A DNA stretch of 62,789 nt, counting the filler, from Octopus bimaculoides (lineage: Eukaryota): the NCBI RefSeq assembly GCF_001194135.2. It is 6 parts of 6 records of this genome, joined end to end, with 100 filler letters (N's around TTAATTAATTAA, not from the genome) between each part and the next. Parts side by side here need not be neighbours in the genome. Positions count along the whole stretch, not along the records: positions 1 to 6,954 come from NC_069005.1; positions 7,055 to 29,968 come from NC_069001.1; 4 more parts are not named here. One strand, written 5' to 3'. Made by a program: the position numbers and the translations under genes. This document shows positions 1 to 13,313 of the stretch, piece by piece. Numbering within the stretch: position 1 is the stretch's first letter; the number at the start of each line of letters is the position of its first letter. The notes beneath the pieces are model-generated. The model saw nothing but the letters and a program-made list of their open reading frames with translations. It did not search any database and was not told the origin of the DNA.

Positions 1-1
1 G

Positions 2-44
<43 letters not shown>
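1..44. repeat. (GT)n microsatellite
   Basis: Near-pure GT dinucleotide run at the window start. Confidence 0.95.
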
Positions 45-46
<2 letters not shown>

Positions 47-619
47 GTGTTTATGACCTGCTCCTCAGCTATTCAATAATTAATTAGCAATGACATAATA
101 ATCAGTCTGAAAGAAATATCGGAGCCGATTATAATCGTCAACAACCGTTGAAAGAAATGCTCCAGCATGGCAAATAACTGAAACCAATACAACATGTGTT
201 TGTACGTGCATGTGTGTGTCTGTGTGAGAATGTCTGCATGTATGCTAATACGCATACACACGTACAATGCATACATACACACATACATATATATATATGT
301 ATGTATGTGTGTATACTTGTATGTTTTTGTGGTGCTGACATACATACACGCACATACACATACACACACGTACACACGTACACACACACATTGATACCCC
401 CGCAATCTCCAGCGAGGACATCCGCACTAAAATGTACACGCATAAACGTACTCACAAACAGAAATAAGAGCAAAAGTGACAGCTAAATGGGGCGAACCCT
501 TTGCCTTTAGCGTAACGTAAACATTGGCGTGTCATAGGGAATGGAAATGAGACACGTTGCCTTCGTTAAATGTTTATAAACAACTTGCGTACTCGTGGTG
601 TTATATGTGCTTATGTATA

Positions 620-915
<296 letters not shown>

Positions 916-1019
916 GTGTGTGTTTATGTATGGATGAATTTTAAGGTTCTCTTTACAGTTTTTTTGTCTTTATTTGCCTCTCTGGCAAAATAAAGAAATG
1001 CTCTTCGTCATCATCATCC

Positions 1020-1050
<31 letters not shown>

Positions 1051-1429
1051 CCTCTTCATTTTCTCCCTCCTTCCTCATTCACTTCCACAATAAGCCCCTG
1101 CTGTTGTTGTTGTTGTTGCTCTTCTTCTCCTCCTCCTTCTTCGCCTCCTTCCCTCCCTTTCCTCGTCCTTTAACCGCGCTTCCTCCTCCTTTTCCACCCC
1201 ATCTACCTTCTCCTCTTTCTTCGCTCTCATCAAATTATTTTTATCTCCCTTGTTTGGTCTTGAGAGGGTCATTACGCCAATAATAATAACACACACAGTG
1301 GTTTGATATCACTTCTAAACCAATCAATCGTTTATTTAATGTGTTGGTTCAACAATCATCGCTTGTTTGTTTGTCAAAGTTCCTTCGTCTCCATTTGCAA
1401 CCTCATCAATGACATGCCTCCTCTCTTCA

Positions 1430-1738
1430 AGGTCGGTACCAGTTGAGAATTGGGGGTCGATGTAATCAACAAGCACGCTCCTCAAAATTTCAAGCCTTTT
1501 GTCTACAATAGAAATATTATTATATTTACTATTATTATTACTAACGGTGCGATGACAGAATCGTTAGCACGCTGGATGAAATGCTTAGTGACATTTCGTC
1601 TATCTTTACATTCTGAGTTCAAATTCCGCCAAGGTCGACTTTGCTTTTCATCCTTTCGAGGTCGATAAATTAAATAGCAGTGAAACACTGAGGTCGATGT
1701 AATTGACCACTCCACTCCCCACAAAACTTCAGTAAAAA
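1430..1738 (+). mobile_element. tRNA-derived SINE family B (degenerate copy, preceded by an extra 3' fragment)
   Basis: GTTAGCACGC..GAAATGCTTAG..GAGTTCAAATTCCGCC.AGGTCGACTTTGC.TTTCATCCTTTCG; same sequence at 16103, 18463, 38350, 40996, 58735. Confidence 0.85.
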
Positions 1739-1766
1739 GGATTATTATTATTATTATTATTATTAT

Positions 1767-2415
1767 TTGGCGAAAACTCTCAACATATTTTGCTGAGTAC
1801 GGTGGAGAGTGTGAGCAATCTACAGCCAGCAGCCTAAGGTGACACTAGTTTTACAGACCATGCTCCAAGAACCCTGCGAAGAATTCTTGAAGTTCTAAGC
1901 AATGCTGGTTTTTGTATTTCCCACTTCAAATTGTATTTCCTACTTAAAATTGTCGTAGTTGTTCAGTTTTTTTTTTACTTCTTTGTCGATTATCATGCGA
2001 TTTCTTTCTTTTTTATTCACCTAAACAATGTCCATTTTCCGATGTCTGGTCAGGTGATCGCACTGGATCATTGCATCCCACGAGATTTTGCAATCTTCAT
2101 TCTCGGTGACTCCTTCTGGGGTTTTCTCATACCACGACTTTGCTCTTTTTAGGCCGTGATTTCCGCAGAGCTCTCAATGGATTATTCTTGTCACACTGTC
2201 ATGTCGTTTTTTGTTAAAGCATTGTGCCACTTTCGTGCATTCGCTAACGATGTGCCATACCGTTTCATTCCTCTCGCCACACATTTTGCATTTGTTTCTC
2301 TCGGTAGTACTGTCGATTCTGCTCTACACATAGTTTGTCCTTAATGCTTGTTCTTGTGCTGCGCACATAAGTGCTTCTATCTCTATCTTCAGGTCACTCC
2401 TCCTGCTCTTCCCAT
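1767..2415 (-). mobile_element. 5'-truncated R4/Dong-like non-LTR retrotransposon (CCHC knuckle and restriction-like endonuclease region), decayed
   Basis: Minus translation: EALMCAAQEQALRTNY..CKMCGERNETVWHIVSEC..KRHDSV..WYEKTPEGVTENEDCKISWD..MDIV..IID..QKPALLRTSRILRRVL, with stops and an internal deletion; flanked by (TAA)n on both sides. Confidence 0.85.
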
Positions 2416-2416
2416 T

Positions 2417-2417
2417 A

Positions 2418-2457
<40 letters not shown>

Positions 2458-2483
2458 CTTTGTTGTTAATATTATTATGGCTA

Positions 2484-2530
<47 letters not shown>

Positions 2531-2540
2531 TTCATTATCA
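2417..2540. repeat. (ATT)n microsatellite
   Basis: Long ATT run; a second degenerate ATT/GTT tract lies at 2650-2800. Confidence 0.95.
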
Positions 2541-3003
2541 TCTTTCAATTCTGTTTCCATCTCTTGCCGAGTGTCTTCCTGACACTTAGGGCAGAGAAAC
2601 GCACTACATTTTAATGGTCGGCCATTAAAATAAACACACCAAATTGTTTATTTATTATTATTGTTGTTATTATTATTACTGTTGTAGTTGTTGTTATTAT
2701 TATTACTGTTGTTATCATTGCTGTTGTTGTTGTTGTTACTATTATTATTATTATTATTATTATTATTATCATTATTAATTAATTAATTAATTAATTAATT
2801 AAATCTAGGTTCTAGGTTCCTTTTTGCAATTCGTAGTGCAAAATACATTATAGAGATACTTCATATGTAAAAGTTAAAAAATAATTGCATTTAACCAACA
2901 GATTTAGGGAAAAAAATTGAACACTCTTGCCTACATCTTTTATTTATCTTTGTTGTTATTTATCTTTGTTTTCATCAATTATGTCAGCAACATCAGCTAA
3001 TCG

Positions 3004-3214
3004 TTAACACTTTAGCATTTAAACCAACCATATCCGGCATATTCAAACCACCTTGATCTGGTATTTTACACCTACCCTACAATGTCATTCTAAAAATAAA
3101 CAACTACATCATTGAAATCTTAAAGCTACGAGATAATGCATGAGTAATTAAATAAAAATAAAAATAAATGAAACATTACAGTTAACAGAGTGATCTGAAT
3201 GTGAAAAGGTTTAA
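3004..3214. mobile_element. TTAA-flanked MITE (piggyBac-like termini)
   Basis: TTAACACTTTAGCATT at left, CTGAATGTGAAAAGGTTTAA at right: imperfect terminal inverted repeats bounded by TTAA. Confidence 0.55.
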
Positions 3215-3499
3215 TTATTTATGAACATTGTCTGACCTGTTAGCAATGATATTTTTATGACATTTTGATAATGCTGTGCTTGATGTAATAGTCAAATTTG
3301 ACGATTTAGCAGACACGTCTGCATCGTTATAAACTGGTGGTGGTGAAGAAGAAGAAAATGGGTGGTGGTGAAAATTTTTTATCAATAATAATAGTATTGT
3401 TTCTCATTGTTTTGAGGTGGGGAGGGGGCTTAGTTAATTATTTCACTATTTAATTTCATTTTGTCGTCCTTAATTTCATTTTGTCGTCCCACTCACAAC

Positions 3500-3730
3500 A
3501 GAAATAAGAACCTTTTATCTTTTACTTGATTCAGTCATTTGACAGTGACCATTCTGGGGCACCGCCTTGAAAACATCTTTAGTCAAATGAATGAACCCCT
3601 GCACTTATTTTTTTAAAGCCTGGTTCTTATTCTATCAGTAATCTTTTGCCGAACCGCTAAGTTACGGTTACTTAAACAATCCTGCCCCGGTAGTTGGGAA
3701 GCAAAATTCTTACCAAACAGCCACGCTTGT

Positions 3731-3732
<2 letters not shown>
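3500..3732 (-). mobile_element. tRNA-derived SINE family A, internally deleted
   Basis: Reverse complement of head GCGTGGCTGTTTGGTAAGAA joined to the tail shared with 19460, 42490, 53805, 56720. Confidence 0.75.
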
Positions 3733-3764
<32 letters not shown>

Positions 3765-5189
3765 NNNNNNNNNNNNNNNNNNNNNNNNNNNNNNNNNNNN
3801 NNNNNNNNNNNNNNNNNNNNNNNNNNNNNNNNNNNNNNNNNNNNNNNNNNNNNNNNNNNNNNNNNNNNNNNNNNNNNNNNNNNNNNNNNNNNNNNNNNNN
3901 NNNNNNNNNNNNNNNNNNNNNNNNNNNNNNNNNNNNNNNNNNNNNNNNNNNNNNNNNNNNNNNNNNNNNNNNNNNNNNNNNNNNNNNNNNNNNNNNNNNN
4001 NNNNNNNNNNNNNNNNNNNNNNNNNNNNNNNNNNNNNNNNNNNNNNNNNNNNNNNNNNNNNNNNNNNNNNNNNNNNNNNNNNNNNNNNNNNNNNNNNNNN
4101 NNNNNNNNNNNNNNNNNNNNNNNNNNNNNNNNNNNNNNNNNNNNNNNNNNNNNNNNNNNNNNNNNNNNNNNNNNNNNNNNNNNNNNNNNNNNNNNNNNNN
4201 NNNNNNNNNNNNNNNNNNNNNNNNNNNNNNNNNNNNNNNNNNNNNNNNNNNNNNNNNNNNNNNNNNNNNNNNNNNNNNNNNNNNNNNNNNNNNNNNNNNN
4301 NNNNNNNNNNNNNNNNNNNNNNNNNNNNNNNNNNNNNNNNNNNNNNNNNNNNNNNNNNNNNNNNNNNNNNNNNNNNNNNNNNNNNNNNNNNNNNNNNNNN
4401 NNNNNNNNNNNNNNNNNNNNNNNNNNNNNNNNNNNNNNNNNNNNNNNNNNNNNNNNNNNNNNNNNNNNNNNNNNNNNNNNNNNNNNNNNNNNNNNNNNNN
4501 NNNNNNNNNNNNNNNTAATTGGTTGCATCGATACACCAAAATTGAAAGCAATCTGAGCAAGATTAAAACGGGTTCATTTTACGAATGAAAAAGACTAGAT
4601 CAAAAGAATATATATGATCATTGTTGTAGTTGAAGCAGGGTTGTGATATAACTTTGCCGTGAACTGACCGTTCGCTAGCAAGAGACATGTCGGGATCGGA
4701 CGGTTATGGAGTGACATAAACGGGGAATAAGCTGTAGCCGGACTTCCGACTCCCTTCACATTGAGATCAAATCCTTGCGCGGGTACCTTTGATTCATCAT
4801 CGATAAAAATCGTCAATAAAACCGACACGAGCGTCATCTACATCAACGAACACTATCATCATAGTCATCACTATTCCTCTCCTCCCCTTTCGTCCCTCCC
4901 TTTCCTCCTCCTCATTCTCTTTTCCCTTCCTCCAACATCATCGCCACAGTTATCATCAGCATCGTCAAAGAATCTTCTGATAACAATCATCATCAGTGTC
5001 ATCTTTACTGTCCTTCTCTTTGTCATCAGACATCAACGCTGTCATCGTCGTCAGCGTCATTACGGTTGAGTGTCGGGTAGAGGTAATATTGGGGTGAAGG
5101 TGACATCGGTGTTGGAGGTGGTGGTGTTCATGTTGGGGCAGGGGGGAGGGGTAGTAATGGTATCAATGGTGTTGCACTGGTAATAGTAG

Positions 5190-5715
5190 TGATGTTGGTT
5201 TTAGTAGTAGCAGTAGTGGTGTAGTAGTAGTAGTAGTAGTGCTGGTGTTGGTGGTGGTGGTGATGGTGGTGGTGATGGTGGTGGTGGTGATGGTGGTAGT
5301 AGTGGTGCTGATTGTGATAGTGTTAATGTGGTGGTNNNNNNNNNNNNNNNNNNNNNNNNNNNNNNNNNNNNNNNNNNNNNNNNNNNNNNNNNNNNNNNNN
5401 NNNNNNNNNNNNNNNNNNNNNNNNNNNNNNNNNNNNNNNNNNNNNNNNNNNNNNNNNNNNNNNNNNNNNNNNNNNNNNNNNNNNNNNNNNNNNNNNNNNN
5501 NNNNNGTGGCGACGATCGTAGTGTTATTGGTAGTGGTGGTGGTGGTGATGGTGGTGGTGATAGTGGTTGTAGTAGTAGTGGTGATAGTGGTGGTGGTGTG
5601 GTGATGGTGGTAGTAGTGGTGCTGATTGTGATAGTGTTAATGTGGTGGTGGTGGTGGTGGTGGTGGTGGTGGTGATTGCAGTGGTGATAGTTTTGGTGGA
5701 GATGTTTGTTGTTGG
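5190..5715. repeat. Degenerate (GGT/GAT/AGT)n trinucleotide tract spanning a gap
   Basis: Low-complexity triplet repeat; a 44-bp block recurs on both sides of the gap (5292-5335, 5606-5649). Confidence 0.9.
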
Positions 5716-5939
5716 TGTTGGTGATGCTGATAGTATTAGATCTCGGTGAAGGCGTTACCAACCTTACCGACAGACACCCAAAACTGCTCAAGATAAGGTC
5801 GTTCAGTGCAAATCAGCGACCAGCGATTTTGTACTGATTTTCCCGCTGTGTGTATGTATACATGGAAATATGTGTGCATTTATGTGTGTATGTGTGTGTA
5901 TGTGTTTAATCGTGTATATATGCGTGTTTACACATCTGT

Positions 5940-5978
<39 letters not shown>

Positions 5979-6145
5979 GAAATGTGAGTCTGTATCTATA
6001 ACGGTTTCTAGGTTTTATAGCCATGTGTTGGTGTGAAAGAGTTTGTACGTGAGTGCATCAGTATATATGTGCATGCGTGTGTGAATATATACATACTCAT
6101 GTATGTGTGTATATATAAATATGTGTGTGTGTCTGTGTGTGCCTG

Positions 6146-6176
<31 letters not shown>

Positions 6177-6954
6177 ACATGTATGTACTCATACACACAC
6201 GCATATATACACATATACTCACTTACACATTATATATGCGTGTGTATACATAATATGTAATGTATCTGTTTAATTCTATGTAAAGTTATATGCGTGTATA
6301 AACATATGTATATATGTATGTATGTAACTATGATGGTGGTAAATATGTTTATATTCACATCACTGTATAGACACAAACAGTCTTCTTAAAGTGTATGTTC
6401 TAGCATAAACACACACACACGCATACACACGCACACATACACAACTTATAAGTGCATTTATTAATAGTTTAGTTACTGAATGCACTTGTTTTTGCATAAT
6501 GAAAAATGTACAATAGAGCATGCTCTGTGTGTAATACAAATCTTAATAGTCCTTGCGGTGTGTGGTCGGGCACACTTGACAAATGTAAACAAATGCTTCT
6601 GCATTCAGTGTAGTGAAGTTTTTTTTTTTAACAGCGACTCTACTACAGACAACATTTACGTAGACAGATACAAGGCGGCACGCAGTACAGGTGATGAGCT
6701 GTTGAGTTCTTCGTCGGTGCACACTGCAGTTAAAGATTAAAGGTGTTCTACAAAGAATACTTAGTTTACCATATATCACATTCTAGCGCATATGTACATT
6801 TATCTATATTTATAGCTATCTATCTATCTATCTATCTATCTATCTGTCAGTCAGTCAGTCAGTCTGTTTGTCAGTCTGTCTCTCTCAGTCTGTCTGTCTA
6901 TTCATCAACCCACCTGTCTCTATATATTTAAGTGTGTGTGTGTGTGTGTGTGTG

Positions 6955-7054
6955 NNNNNNNNNNNNNNNNNNNNNNNNNNNNNNNNNNNNNNNNNNNNTT
7001 AATTAATTAANNNNNNNNNNNNNNNNNNNNNNNNNNNNNNNNNNNNNNNNNNNN
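6955..7054. other. Assembly join spacer N44-TTAATTAATTAA-N44
   Basis: Exactly 100 bp with a six-frame-stop palindrome at 6999-7010. Confidence 0.95.
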
Positions 7055-7289
7055 TTAAATGTCTTGTAGACGGGAATATGAAGGAAAAGGTTAAGGTGGG
7101 AAGGAAAGATAGAATTATTAAGAGTGAAACATTGTGTGCGCGTGTGTGTACGTATGAACTAGATTCCAGTATGAATAAATTATAAATTACTCTCTGCCGC
7201 CCCTCATACTTACATTCACACTTTCACTTACACTCACACTCGCACTACGTTACTCCCTGCTGCCTGTCCTTCTACCACCCCACTCACTC

Positions 7290-7902
7290 CTCTCTGTCTC
7301 TTTCTCTCTCTCTCTCTCTGTCTCTTTCTCTCTCTCTCTCTCTCATATTTTATCTTCGTTTCTTTCTTTGTCTTCGTCCAATATTTTGTCCCTTTGCCAT
7401 CCCCGTTCCCTACTTTCACGTCATTCATCCACCTCACTCCTACTTCCTAATTCCTCCTTCCTTCCCCTCCCTATCCCCCTTCACTTCCTCCTCATTCTTC
7501 ACCTCCTCCTCATTCTTCTCCTCCTCCTCATTCTTCTCCTACTCCTCCTTCTTCTCCTCCTCCTCTTACCGCTCTGCTTCCACATTATTTTGTCCCATAG
7601 ACATTCGCTCCAATGTTATCCGTACCACCATCACCATCACCATCACTAAATCTTCCGCCGCTTTCACTACTAAAACCACGACCATAGCAACCAGCATCAC
7701 CGCCACCATCGTCATCACTACCACCGCCATCACCATCACAACCACCATCACCATCAAAACTACCATCACCATCATCAGCCCACTGTCACCATCGCCTACA
7801 CGATGACGATAACGACGACGACCACCACCACCATCACCACCACCGCCTCCACCACAACCATTTCTCCTCCCACCATCATTTGCATCACCGCACCTTTCCA
7901 AT
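7290..7902. repeat. (CT)n, (CTC)n and (CAC/CAT)n low-complexity tract
   Basis: Eroded simple repeats; explains the poly-L/H/T pseudo-ORFs. Confidence 0.85.
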
Positions 7903-9358
7903 NNNNNNNNNNNNNNNNNNNNNNNNNNNNNNNNNNNNNNNNNNNNNNNNNNNNNNNNNNNNNNNNNNNNNNNNNNNNNNNNNNNNNNNNNNNNNNNNNN
8001 NNNNNNNNNNNNNNNNNNNNNNNNNNNNNNNNNNNNNNNNNNNNNNNNNNNNNNNNNNNNNNNNNNNNNNNNNNNNNNNNNNNNNNNNNNNNNNNNNNNN
8101 NNNNNNNNNNNNNNNNNNNNNNNNNNNNNNNNNNNNNNNNNNNNNNNNNNNNNNNNNNNNNNNNNNNNNNNNNNNNNNNNNNNNNNNNNNNNNNNNNNNN
8201 NNNNNNNNNNNNNNNNNNNNNNNNNNNNNNNNNNNNNNNNNNNNNNNNNNNNNNNNNNNNNNNNNNNNNNNNNNNNNNNNNNNNNNNNNNNNNNNNNNNN
8301 NNNNNNNNNNNNNNNNNNNNNNNNNNNNNNNNNNNNNNNNNNNNNNNNNNNNNNNNNNNNNNNNNNNNNNNNNNNNNNNNNNNNNNNNNNNNNNNNNNNN
8401 NNNNNNNNNNNNNNNNNNNNNNNNNNNNNNNNNNNNNNNNNNNNNNNNNNNNNNNNNNNNNNNNNNNNNNNNNNNNNNNNNNNNNNNNNNNNNNNNNNNN
8501 NNNNNNNNNNNNNNNNNNNNNNNNNNNNNNNNNNNNNNNNNNNNNNNNNNNNNNNNNNNNNNNNNNNNNNNNNNNNNNNNNNNNNNNNNNNNNNNNNNNN
8601 NNNNNNNNNNNNNNNNNNNNNNNNNNNNNNNNNNNNNNNNNNNNNNNNNNNNNNNNNNNNNNNNNNNNNNNNNNNNNNNNNNNNNNNNNNNNNNNNNNNN
8701 NNNNNNNNNNNNNNNNNNNNNNNNNNNNNNNNNNNNNNNNNNNNNNNNNNNNNNNNNNNNNNNNNNNNNNNNNNNNNNNNNNNNNNNNNNNNNNNNNNNN
8801 NNNNNNNNNNNNNNNNNNNNNNNNNNNNNNNNNNNNNNNNNNNNNNNNNNNNNNNNNNNNNNNNNNNNNNNNATATATATATATATATATATATACATAC
8901 ATACATGCTTACATACATACATACAGTCACCACTGGTCATATAAAGGAAAAGATAGGAAGAAAAATGAATATATAAAAAAATGGAAAGGAAAAATTAAAA
9001 GAAAGTTGATATTTATATGGAGAAATATAATAATGGTCTGTTTTTAAGTGTTGGAGCTGGGAAATAAAAGCCAGGAGTTAATGGAAGCCAGTTTGCAGAA
9101 AAATATCAACAAATATTATTGTTTACTTGACAGAAAAGAACATTGAATGGTGTTACCTACATAAGTGCGTGTGTGTGTGCGCGTCTAGTGTGTATGTGTA
9201 CAAACGTATATGTATATACAAGCAAACACACACACACACAGACACACATATATGTACACGTTTATATATACATATTATGTATACGTATGTGTGTATAACT
9301 ATATATATGTGTATATGTTTTTACATGTATATATGCATATCTATGTGTTGTGTGTGTT

Positions 9359-9423
<65 letters not shown>

Positions 9424-9944
9424 GCACAGAACGTTGGTGTTGAGTAGAAGTAAGATATGGCGTGTAAATAAACAGTGATGTAAAGTAAACTTCGGTGTAA
9501 ACACCCATTATTAACCCAGCCGTGTGAAGTAGTTGTCATTCTCTCTGTTTGTTTAGGACAACGAATAACCATTCTCTGATTTAGTAGTAAAAAAAAAAAT
9601 ACTGAAACTCGCCAAGTCAGATCCGTTTCGTTTTAACCACAGAGAATATGTCAGTTACATGACCATAGCATTTAGCTCTCATGGTGGAGCTAAGGATATG
9701 TTTTTTATCAAATACACACACTCATAAGTCTAATTTACAGTTCTTTCTTTTCCTCCACTGTGGTTACTCTTTCTCCCCACTCCCTCTCTCATATACATGC
9801 ATACATACATACATACACACATACACACATACGTATATACATACACACATACACACATACATACATACATGCATACATACATATATACAGCGATTTACAT
9901 GCACACACACATACACACACACACACGCACATATATATGTATAT

Positions 9945-9995
<51 letters not shown>

Positions 9996-9998
9996 GAC

Positions 9999-10270
9999 GC
10001 ATGGCTTATTGGTTAAGGTGTTGCACTCACGATTGCGAGGTCGTAGGTTCGATTCCCAGACATGGCGGTGCGTTGTGTTTTTGAGCAAAGCACTTCATTT
10101 CACGTTGGTCTGCGATCATTTCGACATCTGACATGTGGCACCCGTTGCACCTGTACAGGTAATGTCGATTTGATGGTGGGAGTGAACTTATGTCTACACA
10201 AACATCTGATCACTACAAACAAATCATCCGTGTGGTTGTTCGGTAAGAAAATGTCGAACCGTCATACGTC
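9999..10270 (+). mobile_element. tRNA-derived SINE family D
   Basis: A-box-like TGGCTTATTGGTT and B-box GGTTCGATTCC, then TTGAGCAAAGCACTTCATTTCACGTT; related minus copy at 23600-23760. Confidence 0.7.
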
Positions 10271-10288
10271 ATCTAACGACGGTAGAAT

Positions 10289-10333
<45 letters not shown>

Positions 10334-12664
10334 AAACAATTCCAAAATAAGGTGATTAAAATCAAAATAAGCAATAAGGATATTCAAAGTTAATGCAGTA
10401 CAATCGTTTCATGCGAATCGTTTCATGCGACAGAAGGACATGTCCTTCTGTTGAAATGAAATTTCAGTNNNNNNNNNNNNNNNNNNNNNNNNNNNNNNNN
10501 NNNNNNNNNNNNNNNNNNNNNNNNNNNNNNNNNNNNNNNNNNNNNNNNNNNNNNNNNNNNNNNNNNNNNNNNNNNNNNNNNNNNNNNNNNNNNNNNNNNN
10601 NNNNNNNNNNNNNNNNNNNNNNNNNNNNNNNNNNNNNNNNNNNNNNNNNNNNNNNNNNNNNNNNNNNNNNNNNNNNNNNNNNNNNNNNNNNNNNNNNNNN
10701 NNNNNNNNNNNNNNNNNNNNNNNNNNNNNNNNNNNNNNNNNNNNNNNNNNNNNNNNNNNNNNNNNNNNNNNNNNNNNNNNNNNNNNNNNNNNNNNNNNNN
10801 NNNNNNNNNNNNNNNNNNNNNNNNNNNNNNNNNNNNNNNNNNNNNNNNNNNNNNNNNNNNNNNNNNNNNNNNNNNNNNNNNNNNNNNNNNNNNNNNNNNN
10901 NNNNNNNNNNNNNNNNNNNNNNNNNNNNNNNNNNNNNNNNNNNNNNNNNNNNNNNNNNNNNNNNNNNNNNNNNNNNNNNNNNNNNNNNNNNNNNNNNNNN
11001 NNNNNNNNNNNNNNNNNNNNNNNNNNNNNNNNNNNNNNNNNNNNNNNNNNNNNNNNNNNNNNNNNNNNNNNNNNNNNNNNNNNNNNNNNNNNNNNNNNNN
11101 NNNNNNNNNNNNNNNNNNNNNNNNNNNNNNNNNNNNNNNNNNNNNNNNNNNNNNNNNNNNNNNNNNNNNNNNNNNNNNNNNNNNNNNNNNNNNNNNNNNN
11201 NNNNNNNNNNNNNNNNNNNNNNNNNNNNNNNNNNNNNNNNNNNNNNNNNNNNNNNNNNNNNNNNNNNNNNNNNNNNNNNNNNNNNNNNNNNNNNNNNNNN
11301 NNNNNNNNNNNNNNNNNNNNNNNNNNNNNNNNNNNNNNNNNNNNNNNNNNNNNNNNTATATATATATATGTATGTATGTATATATATATATGTATATACA
11401 TATGTTCTGCTAGTCTACCTGCTCAACTCGTTGCTTTCAGTAATCGTTGAAAAGAGGAAATGCACTCAGTGTGTGCACTGTCGTTGGTTTGGTTTAGTAC
11501 TAAAGCAACTCTTCATTGAGGCATTCTATGTCTCGGACGAAATAATTCACTGCGATCCTCTCGAAAATCTGGAAGCTATCATATTCTGGAGAGTGTAGGG
11601 CATTCGATTACTATTTCTCGCAGTTCAGGTGACCGCATTGATGCACTGTAGTTGCTGTTATTAATCCAAGATGAGAAACCAAACATTGAGAACGCGGTTG
11701 CAACTCAACAAGCAATGAAACAACAGTCTTACTCTATATAAATTTGTAAATTATAGTGCTCAAATTCTTTCTTTCTTATTACTTGAGATTCTCCTTTTCC
11801 TTCCACCTCTATTCGTTCAACAACCACCGAAACTGCAAACAAATTTTCTTGTTCATTTCGTAATTTACCGTGTTAAATACATTGTGTTTTTGTTACATAT
11901 TTTCTATAATATATACAATTATCATTATTATTTATTGATTGTAATGTGTTTACTGTCATTTTATGAATGTCTTGATAAGGTGATTATTTAGTATACTGCC
12001 ACAGTGGATTGGTATTATGCAATATAATTTATACAAAAAGGTGATTCGAAAGTCCACTTGGTAGTTTAAATGAAAAATATTATTAAAATACTAAAGCCTG
12101 TGCAGCTTATTGTTATAGGATTACTGGGTGTTATATTTCCTATATAAAGTTTATCCCTATACGACTGATGTCAAGTCTCAAGTGAGACATGATTAAGCGG
12201 ACCGACCTATTATCAAAGGCATTAAAATCACGATAATGTAAAATAAACAAACATACAAAATAAACATGATCTTATCTCTCTGTGGGCACAGAAAGAACTG
12301 ATTAATTAATCCCGACTTTCGTTAAGATATGTATCTAGGATATACAATGTGTCACTTTTCAATACGGTAGAATGGCTGGTTCTGAGTGTGATTCAGCTTC
12401 TATTTCTAGCAGACTGAACGACCCTAGACAATCTCCCCGGCTGGTTTCTGTACTGTATGGCTGTGTTATTTTTATCAAGTTATTTATAACATTTATATCT
12501 TTAATGTCATCAATATTATTATTCATATTAATAATAACATTTATACCATCAAAGATCTATCTCACTATCCCCTTTNNNNNNNNNNNNNNNNNNNNNNNNN
12601 NNNNNNNNNNNNNNNNNNNNNNNNNNNNNNNNNNNNNNNNNNNNNNATATATATATATATATAT

Positions 12665-13313
12665 AGGTGCAGGCGTGGCTGTGTGGTAAGAAGCTTGTTT
12701 CCCAGTTACGTGCTTCAGGGTTCAGTCTCACTGCGTGGCACCTTGGGCAAGTGTCTTCCACTCGAGCCGACTAAATCCTTGTGAGTGCATTTGGTAGATG
12801 GAAACTGAAAGAAACTCGTCGTATGTGCATATATGTATATATATATATATACTCAGGAAGAGACTATTCTAGAGTACGTTCTGTCTTGTCTTCGAAACGT
12901 CTAGATAGAATAGAGACAGCTGATGAAGGGATATTCCAAGTGGCTTTCCGTTTTCCTATGTGTTCGTTCCGTTGTCTGTAGTTTATTGTTCTAACGTCCT
13001 ATACCCTGATATGCATGTATATACACATGTAGATGTAAGTATGTACATATATGTGTGTATACATATATACATACACACACACACACACATTTATGTGTGT
13101 GTGTCTTCATATGTATGTCCCCCAGAATCGTTTGACAATCGAGGTTTGTGTGTTTACATCCACGTAACTTAACGGTTTGACAAAAAACACCGATAGAACA
13201 ACTGCTAGGCGTACGGAAAATAAGTCCTGGGGTCGATTCCTTTGACTAAAACCCTCTGAGGCGATGCCGCAGTCAAAATGGTTGCAGTCAAAATGACTTG
13301 AACAAACAAAAGA

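Noticed and set aside
11400-11720. Unique-looking block possibly from a transposon or exon
   Set aside because: Stops in the readable frames and no motif I can name; left unannotated.
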